From contig NC_068985.1 of NCBI RefSeq assembly GCF_001194135.2, forward strand, positions 125,691,102 through 125,747,148: a stretch of 56,047 bases of DNA. The letters run 5' to 3'. Source of the stretch: Octopus bimaculoides (Eukaryota). Numbering within the stretch: position 1 is the stretch's first letter; the number at the start of each line of letters is the position of its first letter. The translations under genes and the position numbers were made by a program. Below, in pieces: positions 37,806-50,660 of this stretch. The notes below the pieces were generated by a model, which was not told where the DNA came from, did no database searches, and saw only the letters and a list, made by a program, of their open reading frames with translations.

Positions 37806-38010
37806 TTGCAAAACACTTCACTTCGCGTTGCTCTGCGATCACGTCGACATCTGACGCGTGGTGCACCGTCCACTTGTTCAGACAACATCGACTTGATGGA
37901 AAGAGTGAACTAATGTGCGGCACGAACATTTCATCAGCAGAAACAGATCATTTGTGCAAGTTGTTCGGCAGAAGCTGAACGCTCATACGTCGTCTTCTAT
38001 GAAGAGTCCA
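37806..38010 (+). mobile_element. CORE-bearing SINE, family E, head missing
   Basis: gcaaaacacttcacttcgcgttgctctgc (CORE) plus a unique body ending gaagagtcc before (TTA)n. A small inverted fragment of the same body lies at about 2835-2860. Confidence 0.65.
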
Positions 38011-38026
38011 TTATTATTATTATTAT

Positions 38027-38091
<65 letters not shown>

Positions 38092-38114
38092 ATAGTATGA
38101 TTATTATTATTATT
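38010..38114. repeat. (TTA)n-(GTA)n-(TTA)n compound microsatellite
   Basis: Direct reading. Confidence 0.95.
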
Positions 38115-38619
38115 GTGTGAGAGAGCAGTGCATGCCATCAAAGTGACACTGGGGTACAAATATACGAAGCCGTCTGATAAGGATACACCAAGCACATGCA
38201 TCACAACCACATGTGCGCGACATAGTGATCTCATATCAAGACAAACAGTGCATGACCTTCAAGTCGAGTAACCCATCCCGCTCGAAAGGTCTCTGAATAA
38301 GGGTGGTTTAAAGATGTTGAATGAAACAAGCCATGTTTCCAGAGTCAAATTATCCAAACCCCAAAGAATTCCTCTTAACAAACGGACATGATGCTTCCCA
38401 AATACTTCTGCTCGTGATCAGATATGCATATATCGTCAGCCACCAATTGACATGTTCAACTGGTTAAAGTCGAACAACTGACAAACAAATCTGTGGCATT
38501 GAGCAGAATATTTGCTGAAGCCCATCTTTTATATTAAGATAAAATAATGTACAAGATAATACTTCCAATCAGTTAAGATCAAAAGTCATGAGAACTGCTG
38601 TCTGGTACTGTATCAAGGC

Positions 38620-38621
<2 letters not shown>
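38115..38621. mobile_element. Non-coding element of about 500 bp embedded in (TTA)n on both sides
   Basis: Bounded by TTA tracts at 38095-38114 and 38621-38675; second partial copy at 34930; no ORF, TIR or tRNA boxes seen. Confidence 0.75.
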
Positions 38622-38676
<55 letters not shown>

Positions 38677-38896
38677 GTATGATATTCTGATGGTCACGAT
38701 TAACGTTGGATGTTTCTATCATTTTTTCCTTTGATAAAGGTAGCTTTTGCACATTTATCGACGCCAAATTGCACCCTGATGTCATCAGTGAATTGTTAAC
38801 AATTTCTAGTAAGCCCTGTAGTTGTTAGTCATTTTTTGCAAAGAGCTTGTAAAAAGATGATTTATACGCCGACGCGGCCGTCGTCGTCACCATCAC

Positions 38897-38931
<35 letters not shown>

Positions 38932-39209
38932 CCTTCCTAGATATATATACATAAAATTTTATCTTAATCTATCTCCTTATTTCATTTCCTACATATGTTT
39001 ATGCTTTTCTCGATAGTAATCCTTTTGTGTATATATATATATATNNNNNNNNNNNNNNNNNNNNNNNNNNNNNNNNNNNNNNNNNNNNNNNNNNNNNNNN
39101 NNNNNNNNNNNNNNNNNNNNNNNNNNNNNNNNNNNNNNNNNNNNTATATATATGTAAATGCTTTCCCAAATAAAATTGTACTTCATTTTTTGAAGCTCTT
39201 ATGACGGTA

Positions 39210-40861
39210 CAAGCTGGTGTACCTGGTAATTCCCGGGAGTAAAGATATTCTATTGAAACGCCTTATTACTCTGATATAAGAAAGCAATTCATTAAATAAG
39301 TTCTGGAATCAAAAATTTATCTACTATCATCGAAAAATTTTAACTGAAAAAAATGCAGAATTATTGGAGTTATGGGCATTGAAAGTGTAATGAAATTCAA
39401 TTGAAAACCCTGCATGCATTGGCAGCATTTAGTTATTTGGAGATGTTGAAAAAATATGTATTAATGTAATCTGTAAATTAATTACAGCAATATGTATATA
39501 ATTGTTTAGATATTGAATTAGAATAGACATTCATCAAAATATTGTATTAACTGTAAATAAACAATAAATATTATGATTTGTAAAATAAGTATAACTGATA
39601 CAAGGTGTCGCAAGTCAATGTGGTGTGGAAGTTTGGTTTCATTTTTTTAAGACTTTTAAGCATTCAAAGTATGAGTTAATTGAAGCATAATGAATCAGAG
39701 AGAAGCTTTCAAAGTATGAGTTCATTGTATTGGGACACACTTATTAAATACATTGTGGAATCAAAAATTTATCTACTGTCATCGAAAAATTTTAACTGGA
39801 AAATGCATAATTGTCGGAGTTATGGACATTCAAAGTGTAATGAAATTTAATAGAAAACCCAACATTTATTGCCAGCATTTAGTTATTTGGGGATGTTGAA
39901 AAAATGTCTATAAATGCAATGTGTTAATTAATTACAGCAATATGTATATAATTGTTTAGATATTGAATTAAAATAGACGAAGATAATTGTTTGATCTAGT
40001 AAATATGAAACATAATGAATCAAAGACTTACTTGAGATCGCCGTTGTCGCATTAGAGCAGCTTGTGAAGTAGAAGCACCCAGTCGTACTCTGACTCGTCG
40101 TGGCATTTATGAACTTTATGAAGGCTAATTTATTAAAGGCAATATATAAATGTAGTATATGTATATAAATATATGAATGAAGTGTTTAATGTTTAAGAAT
40201 GAAATGAAGAAAGTGCAATAATAACGTTCACACTCACCGATGGCCACTCTCAGTAACTGCCTTTAGATTACGGAGTTCTTGTTTTTACAACTATCGAAAA
40301 GCAGCCAGAAGGATAGACATATTGTTGAGAACAAATGATTTCGTTGGAGGTCAGTTATCTCCATTCCAGCCCCTGGTTGCCTAGAAGAGGTTAGAAAAAT
40401 TAAGTGTCAAAGACATTATTCTGCTTAGCAAAGGCATCTGGGAAATGTATAACTGCTGTCATTAAAAAATTTATGTACTGCCATCGGAAACGTTTAACTG
40501 GAAAAATGTAGAATTATCAGAATTATGGGCATTGAATATGTACATGCATCAAGAAAGTGTAATAATAAAGTTTAGCAGTAGAAAACTGTGAGTAGTGAAA
40601 TGCAGAATTAGTCCGCTGATCGTGAGAATCAAATATTGAACGCTTCGCTAAAAACTAACTGTAAATGCAGGTGCTATGGGTTGTTTCCCTTGGGTGTTTA
40701 AAAAAAAATTAGTTATATGAGGTAGATGTAAAGATCCATTCCTAGGGACGTATTATCGATTTTTTTTTTCAAGTTTCATCAAAATCACTAAAACGTTGTA
40801 GGAGGAGTTAGCTAACAACGCCACAAACAAACACACACCGATTTTCCACATATGTAGTAGA
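39210..40861 (-). mobile_element. Non-autonomous Helitron
   Basis: The minus strand starts A|TCTACTACATATG and ends CCCGGGAATTACCAGGTACACCAGCTTG|T (subterminal GC hairpin, CTTG variant of CTAG, A/T target). The internal gattttgatgaaacttg motif is common in invertebrate Helitrons; there are internal direct repeats. Confidence 0.75.
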
Positions 40862-41314
40862 TAGGGTAATACACAAGATCTCAACAATGAGTGCATTGCA
40901 TCCTAGAGCAGAAACAACTGTAAGTTAATGAAGTGTAATATATAATTTCATATTAAAGATACGGGCAAATGTCTTGTTAGCACTGGCTAACTAAATGGTC
41001 CAGTGAAAGCCATTATAATCCACGTAGGCCGTTAAATTACTTTCCGATGCCTGTCCAGTTTGTATATACAAGTTCAAACACGGAATAAATTTAGTTTAAG
41101 ATCACAGAGTGTTGTAGAAAAATACAAAGAAAAATTAAATAAGATTAATTTTATGTTATTTACTCAGCTTACGCGATGCAGTTATCATGCCTATTAATGA
41201 TCACAAGTTCGATCGATTATGGGATCCATTAATGAGCATGATTACTGTGGTGTAGAATTTTTGAATTTGCCAATCTATCCGAAATCATTCAAATCAAATA
41301 ATTCAAGTTATCTA

Positions 41315-41369
<55 letters not shown>

Positions 41370-41454
41370 CATATATGTCACATCTTCCATAGGTTTTGCG
41401 ATATCACAGATACCGTTAAGAGTCTCATACAACCATCTCACGGCGCAACTTGAC

Positions 41455-41700
41455 CAATTCTTGACCAACCAGTACTTTATTTAACAAGTTCGAAAGAATA
41501 AAGGCAAAGTTGACCAAGACACCGTTTGAACTCAGAACGTAGATAATCGTATCAAATATCGCAAGGTATTCTGTTTCATCTAGTACAGGAGTATTGTAGT
41601 TGATGATATCACTTCCTAAAGCATGAAAGTCAAAGTTAACCGAAGCGGTATTTGAACGCAGAGCGTAGAGAACCGGAAAAAAAAAAGCAGCTGGACATTC
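41455..41700 (-). mobile_element. Two degraded family B SINE fragments
   Basis: ccagtactttatttaac...aaggcaaagttgacc...tttgaactcagaacg and gcatgaaagtcaaagttaacc...atttgaacgcagagcg. Confidence 0.6.
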
Positions 41701-42479
41701 TAATCCGATACCTGATGATTTTACCATTTCGCTGTCTCGAAATAAAATGATAACTAACTAACTAACTAACTAAATAAATAAATAAATAAATAAAAAGTGA
41801 CGTGTGTTCGATTCTGGTTACCACCGCAGCTAGAAAATTGTACGCGTTCTTAGACATCCCAAGGGTGGTCTTACCCCTCCTCGTAAGGAACATGTGTGCT
41901 TGATATAATTTAGCGGGACAGCCACTACAACGGACACTGACAAATCAGACATGGAATCCAAAACGTCAAATGAGCTGTCTCATTCAGCTATTTTACATCT
42001 TTGACATAAACCAAACTCTTACTTCTCCTTCCACTTCACTTTCCCATTCATCCTGTCACATGATTATTTTCCCATCTGCTTCATTGTTGAGAATTTTGTT
42101 GATTGGTTGATTAGTTGATTAGAGGCGTTTGCTGTTCTAATGTTTTCTTTCTTTATTGTTATCGGTTTTTTAAAAATTACTTTTTTGCTTTCTTTCACGC
42201 CAGCAAAGTTTTTCGTCTATCTCTATTAGTTAAAGTCTCGCGATTTCTGGGAGACATTAAAATCCCTTTTTACCCCTCTAATGCACTGCAACCCCGCAAT
42301 AAATGTTATTTTTCTTTTTATTTAAAATCGCATTATTACTATGAATTTGGATGTGTATATATCTGTGCATGTACGAAAGTATGCACATTTAGGGGTATGC
42401 ATTCATATAAGTATGTATGTATGTATGTATGTATGAATGTGTGTGTGTGTATGTGTGTATGAGTGTGTGTATGAACGTT

Positions 42480-42527
<48 letters not shown>

Positions 42528-43428
42528 CAGACATAATATATATGTGCGTGTGTTTGTTTGTGCTTGTCTGTGTGCGTGTATACGTAGGTGTGTGTTTAAA
42601 CACATACTCAAATACAGATATAAACACACGTTTCTGTACACATACACACACATACGCACACACACACGTTCACACACACGTATATGTGTGTGTACGTACA
42701 TAGTTNNNNNNNNNNNNNNNNNNNNNNNNNNNNNNNNNNNNNNNNNNNNNNNNNNNNNNNNNNNNNNNNNNNNNNNNNNNNNNNNNNNNNNNNNNNNNNN
42801 NNNNNNNNNNNNNNNNNNNNNNNNNNNNNNNNNNNNNNNNNNNNNNNNNNNNNNNNNNNNNNNNNNNNNNNNNNNNNNNNNNNNNNNNNNNNNNNNNNNN
42901 NNNNNNNNNNNNNNNNNNNNNNNNNNNNNNNNNNNNNNNNNNNNNNNNNNNNNNNNNNNNNNNNNNNNNNNNNNNNNNNNNNNNNNNNNNNNNNNNNNNN
43001 NNNNNNNNNNNNNNNNNNNNNNNNNNNNNNNNNNNNNNNNNNNNNNNNNNNNNNNNNNNNNNNNNNNNNNNNNNNNNNNNNNNNNNNNNNNNNNNNNNNN
43101 NNNNNNNNNNNNNNNNNNNNNNNNNNNNNNNNNNNNNNNNNNNNNNNNNNNNNNNNNNNNNNNNNNNNNNNNNNNNNNNNNNNNNNNNNNNNNNNNNNNN
43201 NNNNNNNNNNNNNNNNNNNNNNNNNNNNNNNNNNNNNNNNNNNNNNNNNNNNNNNNNNNNNNNNNNNNNNNNNNNNNNNNNNNNNNNNNNNNNNNNNNNN
43301 NNNNNNNNNNNNNNNNNNNNNNNNNNNNNNNNNNNNNNNNNNNNNNNNNNNNNNNNNNNNNNNNNNNNNNNNNNNNNNNNNNNNNNNNNNNNNNNNNNNN
43401 NNNNNNNNNTATATATATATATATATAT

Positions 43429-43469
<41 letters not shown>

Positions 43470-43981
43470 GAGACAGAGAGAGACAGACAGACAGGCAGGC
43501 AGACAGACAGAAGGTGAAAGGGAGAAAGGAAGAAAGTATTTTAATAAAGAACCGTGTGAGAAATAACAGGTTAGAGAGAAACGTTGAGATCAAGTTCGAG
43601 ATAGGAAGAGATAAGGAAAAACGGTAAAACTGAAATGGAAAGAGATTGTCACGCATAAATAGAAATCAAAAGAAAGGAATCCATGGTTTACATTTCAAAA
43701 AATCAAGTAACGAAATACCAAAGGAATATATTACATATATAAAATGGAGCAGATGTGTAGTGGATGAGTTTGTATAAGGTGTAAGGAGTGAAGTCGAGCT
43801 CGAGTAAACAGCGATACGCATCATAAGGTTTCTGAAAATATTTGTTTGTCATGTGAACCATGATATTATGCAAGAACTGAACTAGCGTCACAAACTATCG
43901 TCGCATATTTTAACATACGGGGGATGAAAAGGATTTAATCAAAGTTAGTTTGCGATAAAGTCACAATCGCATTCACACACG

Positions 43982-44016
<35 letters not shown>

Positions 44017-44394
44017 TATTTAAAATGGGTGCCGCAAACAGGAAACGTCAGATCAAATAGAATGTAGAATAAATCTTGTATATGAGAAACCGTTGAATAA
44101 AAATATTCATGTCGAACACACACACATGCTGCGAGCACGCACGTACACACACGCACACACAAACACACACACACACACACGCACACACACACACATACAC
44201 ACACACACTAAAACACACACACACTAAAACACAAACCGAAAGACGTGTATTAAATGCATTCAAAATATCAACAATTGGTTTTGTCATATACAAACGTATA
44301 TATGTGTATATATACACATATATATAAGCGTATTTATGTGTATATAATGTCTGTGCATACATACATATGTATATATACATGCATAATACATACA

Positions 44395-44427
<33 letters not shown>

Positions 44428-44849
44428 GGTACGTTATTTGACTGGAAAGTAATACATTTGTATTGCAATATTTAATTTTTCATTGAAAACTTTTTCATTG
44501 CTCTCGGTTCTGTGAACGGCTAAGCATTCAGGTGAGTATACTGGCATTGATGTAGCAACATTTGAAATACTGTCCAGGTAAATCTAGCTGATGAAGACTA
44601 ATCAATTTTACGATAACAAACGTATCTGAAAAGTTCGAAACTTAGGAACTAGACTAGATTATCCGGTTTCGTGTTGTCCATTTATCTAATGTTCTTCCTA
44701 GAGGTAAGACGAAATTTTTTATGTTCGCTGCACTCCCACATTTTTGACAGTATATATACAGTGAAGCTTTACTATAGCGTCGTAACCTTATCGATTGCTA
44801 TATCCAGGAAACATTGGTGTCTTGTACCACTACTCTCTTTCTCTCTCTT

Positions 44850-44886
<37 letters not shown>

Positions 44887-45514
44887 NNNNNNNNNNNNNN
44901 NNNNNNNNNNNNNNNNNNNNNNNNNNNNNNNNNNNNNNNNNNNNNNNNNNNNNNNNNNNNNNNNNNNNNNNNNNNNNNNNNNNNNNNNNNNNNNNNNNNN
45001 NNNNNNNNNNNNNNNNNNNNNNNNNNNNNNNNNNNNNNNNNNNNNNNNNNNNNNNNNNNNNNNNNNNNNNNNNNNNNNNNNNNNNNNNNNNNNNNNNNNN
45101 NNNNNNNNNNNNNNNNNNNNNNNNNNNNNNNNNNNNNNNNNNNNNNNNNNNNNNNNNNNNNNNNNNNNNNNNNNNNNNNNNNNNNNNNNNNNNNNNNNNN
45201 NNNNNNNNNNNNNNNNNNNNNNNNNNNNNNNNNNNNNNNNNNNNNNNNNNNNNNNNNNNNNNNNNNNNNNNNNNNNNNNNNNNNNNNNNNNNNNNNNNNN
45301 NNNNNNNNNNNNNNNNNNNNNNNNNNNNNNNNNNNNNNNNNNNNNNNNNNNNNNNNNNNNNNNNNNNNNNNNNNNNNNNNNNNNNNNNNNNNNNNNNNNN
45401 NNNNNNNNNNNNNNNNNNNNNNNNNNNNNNNNNNNNNNNNNNNNNNNNNNNNNNNNNNNNNNNNNNNNNNNNNNNNNNNNNNNNNNNNNNNNNNNNNNNN
45501 NNNNNNNNNNNNNN

Positions 45515-45582
<68 letters not shown>

Positions 45583-46664
45583 CATACATATATATAGATA
45601 GATGTGCATATATGTATATATAAACACGTACGTAATTACTAGGATTGCTGTTTGTGTTATATACGTCAACTTAACGAACGCATATATGCAAAAAAACCTC
45701 ATTGTACATATGAGTGTATACATACATATATGCACATCTACACACACACACATACACACACACATATATGTGTGTACATATATATATATATATATGTGTG
45801 TGTGTGTACGTATAAACCTCGTTTATGTACATACACATATACAAATGTACGTATAAAACTCGTTTATTTACCTCTATATAACTATGTACGTATAAACCTT
45901 GTTTATATACTAAACACGCGCGCACATATATATATATACAAGCACGCACACACATGCATACATGCAGTCAGATATATAGGCGCACACACATATAAGAACA
46001 TAACCTTCGTCAGTGTTACAGTTTTAGAGAAGTTGTTAATCATAACGGTATGATAGCCATATGAAGAGGCCGGTGGCTGTAGCGGTTTAAATGGTGGTTG
46101 TTCTACGAAGTGATTAAGTGTCAAAATGATATGTAACTGATTAAATTTCGCTGTTGGAGATTCAGTGTTGGTCGATTTATTGGCGGTGAAACAAGCTCTG
46201 TTGTTTGAACTCAAGGTGAAGTACGTGTCATTCACAGTAATGATGGTGGCGATGTGCTGAGGTTGCAGGGGATGTCGGTGATGGGAAGGAAGGTGATGAT
46301 ATCAGCTAGTCAAGGTTGTAAGTACTAAGGAATTGGAAGATAGTGATGAGGATGGCAAGATTGTAGCGATGATGAGTATCGTCATCATTATCATTATCTT
46401 CATTACCAACATCATCATCGTTATCTGCAGCGCAGCAGCAGAAGCAGTGTACGAAGTATTGATAAGATTTGGTCATTAAGAAGAGGAAAAGCCAGATTAA
46501 GTGATAAACGATAAGTAGACACTAGGTGATAAAAGCCAAAAGTGTTTCCTCTAATAACACTTGAGAGCCATTTTGTTGTAGTTGTTGTTGCTGCTGTTGT
46601 TTTATCCCACAACCTATTAATGTATTCATCCTTCACTCAAAATAAAGGACTATGTGCATACATA

Positions 46665-47206
46665 CGAGGGGATACCCAAAAGAAACCGAAATTTTGCAAT
46701 ATTATTTCATTCACTTAGTTTTACATGCTTACACTTTTATCGCCTACACAGTATTCTCCATTTGAAGCAATGCACCGGTCCAGACGCGTTTTCCACTGTT
46801 CGAAGCACTGCTGGAACTCCTGCGATGTGATACCTTTTAACGCCTTCGGCGTTTTTTCTTCACCTCTTCCTCATCTGCAAATTCCGTTGCACCAGCTTTC
46901 ATCACCAGTGATGACCTTCAAAAAAAAATTCCGGATCAACTTCCAACTGTTCTTTCAGTTCCAGATGCGCGTTCAGTCGTGACTGCTTTTGATGATCCAT
47001 GAGCAAGAAAGACACATATTTTGCTGCAGCTCTTTTCATTCGCAATTCCTCGCTCAAAATTCGTTGGTAGGAGCTTCGAACATACCAATCATATCAAGTT
47101 CCTCAACTGTTCGGCGACGGCCCTCTAAGATCAGTTTATGAATTTTCATGATATTTTCATTCGTTCAGGAGGTCGATGGTCTCCCTGAATGAGGGTTGAT
47201 TTCAAA
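46665..47206 (-). pseudogene. Second copy of the internally deleted mariner, 5' part lost
   Basis: TA|cgaggggatacccaaaagaaacc terminus; the minus strand gives PHSGRPSTS*TNENIMKIHKLI...KVITGDESWC, joined directly to FADEEEVKKK...EFQQCFEQWKTRLDRCIASNGEY. Confidence 0.9.
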
Positions 47207-48195
47207 CAAGAAATCACGACTCCTAAAGGGAGGATTTCATGGAAAGTTCCGATGTTGGAATAAGTACTTCCGGAGAAATTCCGTGGGCTTCCTGGAAAGT
47301 TCGCAGGAATTTATGGAAAATCTGGACTACTTCCTGGAAAATTCCGATGATTTCATGGAAAGTTCCGAGGATCTCATGGAAAGTTCAGAGGATAAAATAA
47401 GTACTTCCTGGAAAATTCAGTCGTCTACCTCGAAAGTTGTGAGGATTTCAGGAAAATTTCGATGATGGACTACTTTCTGGAAAGTTCCAATGATTCCTGG
47501 AAACTTCCTAGAAAGTTCCGATGAAGAGAAACTTTCTGGAAACTTCCCAAGATGTGACTTCCAGGAAAGTTCCGAGAATGGAGCTTCATGCAAAGTTCCG
47601 AGGATGGAGCTTCATCGAAAGTTCTAAGGATGTGACTTCTTGGAAAGTTCCGAGAATGAGGTACTCCCAGGAATGTTTCGAGGATGGGACTTTCAAGAAA
47701 GTTCCATGGATAGGACTTCCTGGAAAGTTAAAATGAATTCCTGGAAACTTCCAACTATGGGACTTCCTGGAAAGTTCCGAGGATGAGACTTCCTAGAAAG
47801 TTCGAAGATATGCTACTTGCTTGAAAGTTCCGAGGATTTCCTGGAAAGTTCCTAGTATGAGCTATTTCCAGGAAAGTGCTGTGGATGGGATTCCCTGGAC
47901 AGCTCTGTTAACTTCCTGGAAAGTTCTGAGGTTGTGACTTCTCGGAAACTTCCGCGGATTTTCGAGGGAAGGTCCTAGGAATTCCTGGAAAGTTCCGATG
48001 AATACCTGAAAACTTCCAAAGAGAGGACTTCCTGGAAATTTTCGATGACTTTCTGGAAAGTTCCGAGAATGCGTTACTTTCTGCAAAGTTCAGTGGAATA
48101 CCTGGAAAGTTTCAAGGATAGGACTTCCTGGAAAATTCCGAGGATTTCCTGGAAACTTCCAATGATGGAACTTCCTTTAAAGTTCCGAGGATGCT
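47207..48195. repeat. Degenerate minisatellite with 21- and 26-bp units, core TTCCTGGAAAGTTCCGAGGA
   Basis: About 1 kb of repeated (tgggac)ttcctggaaagttccgagga variants. Confidence 0.95.
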
Positions 48196-48442
48196 TTCTT
48201 TCTCAATTAACACTATGTCTGGTTTCCTCTTCTCTATCTCATGGTCGCATTGAATCATAAAATCCCACAGGATCTTTGCATTATCATTTTCGATGATGCC
48301 TTCGGGTTTATGTTCGTACCACATTTTTTGCTCTTTCAAGTCCATACTTGTTGCAAAGTGTCCAATTGGCAATTCTTGCTATGTTGTCATGATGTCTCAT
48401 ATTGTTTCTGGGTTAGTGGCGTACACTGACTGGTAATATGCC
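48193..48442 (-). pseudogene. R4/Dong-clade non-LTR fragment (zinc knuckle end to RLE start)
   Basis: The minus strand, with two frameshifts, gives HITSQCTPLTQKQY..HDNIARIANWTLCNKYGLERAK.WYEHKPEGIIENDNAKILWDFMIQCDHEIEKRKPDIVLIEKE. Confidence 0.88.
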
Positions 48443-48464
48443 ATTATTATCATCATCATCATCA

Positions 48465-48665
48465 TGGCAGTAAGCCGATATACTCGTTAATACGTTCGAC
48501 AAAATACTTTTAAGTTCTGAGCTCGAATCCCACCAAGGTTAAGTTTGTCTTCTATTGTTTCTGACCCGATAAAGTAAAGTTCCTGTTAAGTATTGTGTTC
48601 GATGTAATGGCCTAACTCCTCCCACTAAAATTGCTGGCTTTGCACCAACATTTTAGACAATTATC
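48465..48665 (+). mobile_element. Old family B SINE
   Basis: gttctgagctcgaatcccaccaagg...cgataaagtaaagttcc...aaaattgctggctttgcacc. Confidence 0.55.
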
Positions 48666-48784
48666 ATCATGCGTCACCGGAGACAGAATCTTCTCATTAG
48701 GTATACATTTAAATATAGTTTGGTTTCGTAGGATTAATGCATTTTCCTTTCTAGTCAATTTATGAGCTCTTTACTCTTTTACAC

Positions 48785-49122
48785 TTTTACTTGTTTCAGT
48801 CATTTGACTGCGGCAATGCTGGAGCACCAACTTTAGTCGAGCAAATTGATCCCAGGACTTATTCTTTGTAAGCCTAGTACTTATTCTATCGGTCTCTTTT
48901 ACCGAATCACAAAGTTACGGGGAAGTAAACACACACACACACACACANNNNNNNNNNNNNNNNNNNNNNNNNNNNNNNNNNNNNNNNNNNNNNNNNNNNN
49001 NNNNNNNNNNNNNNNNNNNNNNNNNNNNNNNNNNNNNNNNNNNNNNNNNNNNNNNNNNNNNNNNNNNNNNNNNNNNNNNNNNNNNNNNNNNNNNNNNNNN
49101 NNNNNACAGCCACTCCTGCGCC
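48785..49122 (-). mobile_element. Family A SINE spanning a gap
   Basis: ttttacttgtttcagtcatttgactgcggcaatgctggagcacc... and acagccactcctgcgcc. Confidence 0.88.
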
Positions 49123-49276
49123 TACAAAGAAATCATTTTAATTGAAAGGTGGCAGCCATTTTGTACCTCCAAAAATATGTTATTGTGCCGAAATAAAATA
49201 TAAAACATTAAAGAAACGTATTTTCTAAACAATAGGAACGTCTGTGAAACATTATCTCTATCTCTCTCTTTCTCTC

Positions 49277-49309
<33 letters not shown>

Positions 49310-49313
<4 letters not shown>

Positions 49314-49335
49314 TGTCTGTCTGTCTATCTGTCTT

Positions 49336-49374
<39 letters not shown>

Positions 49375-49375
49375 G

Positions 49376-49434
<59 letters not shown>

Positions 49435-49435
49435 G
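49310..49435. repeat. (CTGT)n/(CTAT)n microsatellite
   Basis: Direct reading. Confidence 0.95.
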
Positions 49436-50284
49436 TGCATGTGTATGTTTGCGTGTCTGTGTGTGTGTGTCTTTGAATGATCATGTATACTGGAACTAGC
49501 AATATCATTTTTAGTCATACACAATTGTCATGTCTACTTGAAATCACATACCTAGCGCAGTAGAATAGGGGATAAATTCTTTGTAAACCGATCTCACGAA
49601 TCGGCTTCCATTTCCGGTTAAATCTGTTTCGATCCATTTACCTCAATAATTCCTTTCATAAAGCGTTATCACCTCTCAACTTCCGGTATTCCTTTACTCT
49701 GAAATCAATATAGCTGATGAACACCCACTGAGAGATACCTAGGCCTGGATGGTCCAACAGATTCGTAGGGTAAATAATTATTTATCTACGATTAGGGATC
49801 GTTAATTTAGATATTTTGTTTCGCATACAACAATTTGGCATCGACTGCCAGTATATGTTGCTTTTAGTCATCGAAACCTAGGTTTTTATTTTGTTTTCCT
49901 TTACCTACATTTAGGAGGAAATCCCTCTGTTTAATTAATTCTACTCTTGGGATTTATTTAATTGCAATTAAGTATTTGCAAGAATAAACAACAGTGTTTG
50001 CGTTTGGTCTTGCTTTTTGACTGGATAATGGAATGCTAAATACAATATTTCAGTTGAGAACTGATTTTTGTCTTCACCGACCAGTAGATATGGCTAACGA
50101 TTCTATTTGTAGATAGTTTTCGGGTATTCCATGATGGAGTGCAGTATTGATCCGATTTGAACCCGCACCTCCATTTCCTTTTATTTTCTTTTAATAGTTT
50201 CAGTCACTGAGCTGTAGCTATGATGGCGTGCTGCTTGGCGTATTTAGATATTTACTCGATCAAATGAATGGTGGGTAAGTTGGT

Positions 50285-50660
50285 GTCATCAATTCTAGTA
50301 CGAGATCTTTATTTTATCGGTCCCGAAAGGAGGGAAGGCAAATTTGTCCCCGGCTTATACTGATCACAGAACGTCGATTTGGTACAAATATCTCAGCACA
50401 TTTTCTTCGATGCGCTACCGATTCTACCAGCTCGCTGCATTTAATACTTTCTAATTTAGGTATAATGTCTGAAATTTTGAAGGGAAAATGTTAGTTAATA
50501 CCATTCACTTCAGCACACGAGTGGCAATTTATTTTATCGATCCCAAGAGAATGAAAAACAAGGTTGTTATCGGCGGGATTTGACTCAGAAAATAAAGAGC
50601 CGGAAGAATCACTGCAAGTCATTTTACTGACGATCTAATAATTCTACCAATCCACTGACC
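50285..50660 (-). mobile_element. Two adjacent old family B SINEs in the same orientation
   Basis: ttttatcggtcccgaaagg...gattctaccagctcgctgc (50285-50440) and ttttatcgatccc...ggcgggatttgactcagaa (50445-50660). Confidence 0.65.

Noticed and set aside
44582-44660. CUGAUGA...GAAA with atctag/ctagat stem I
   Set aside because: No valid NUH triplet (GAA or AGA) and a long, poorly paired stem II; at best a dead relic.
45903-46235. 110-aa minus-strand ORF with VEQPPF
   Set aside because: It runs into a microsatellite, with no splice support and no further family motifs.
47207-48195. Repeat array considered as CRISPR or as a coding repeat
   Set aside because: Eukaryotic context, no unique spacers, and frames break repeatedly across the 26-bp units.
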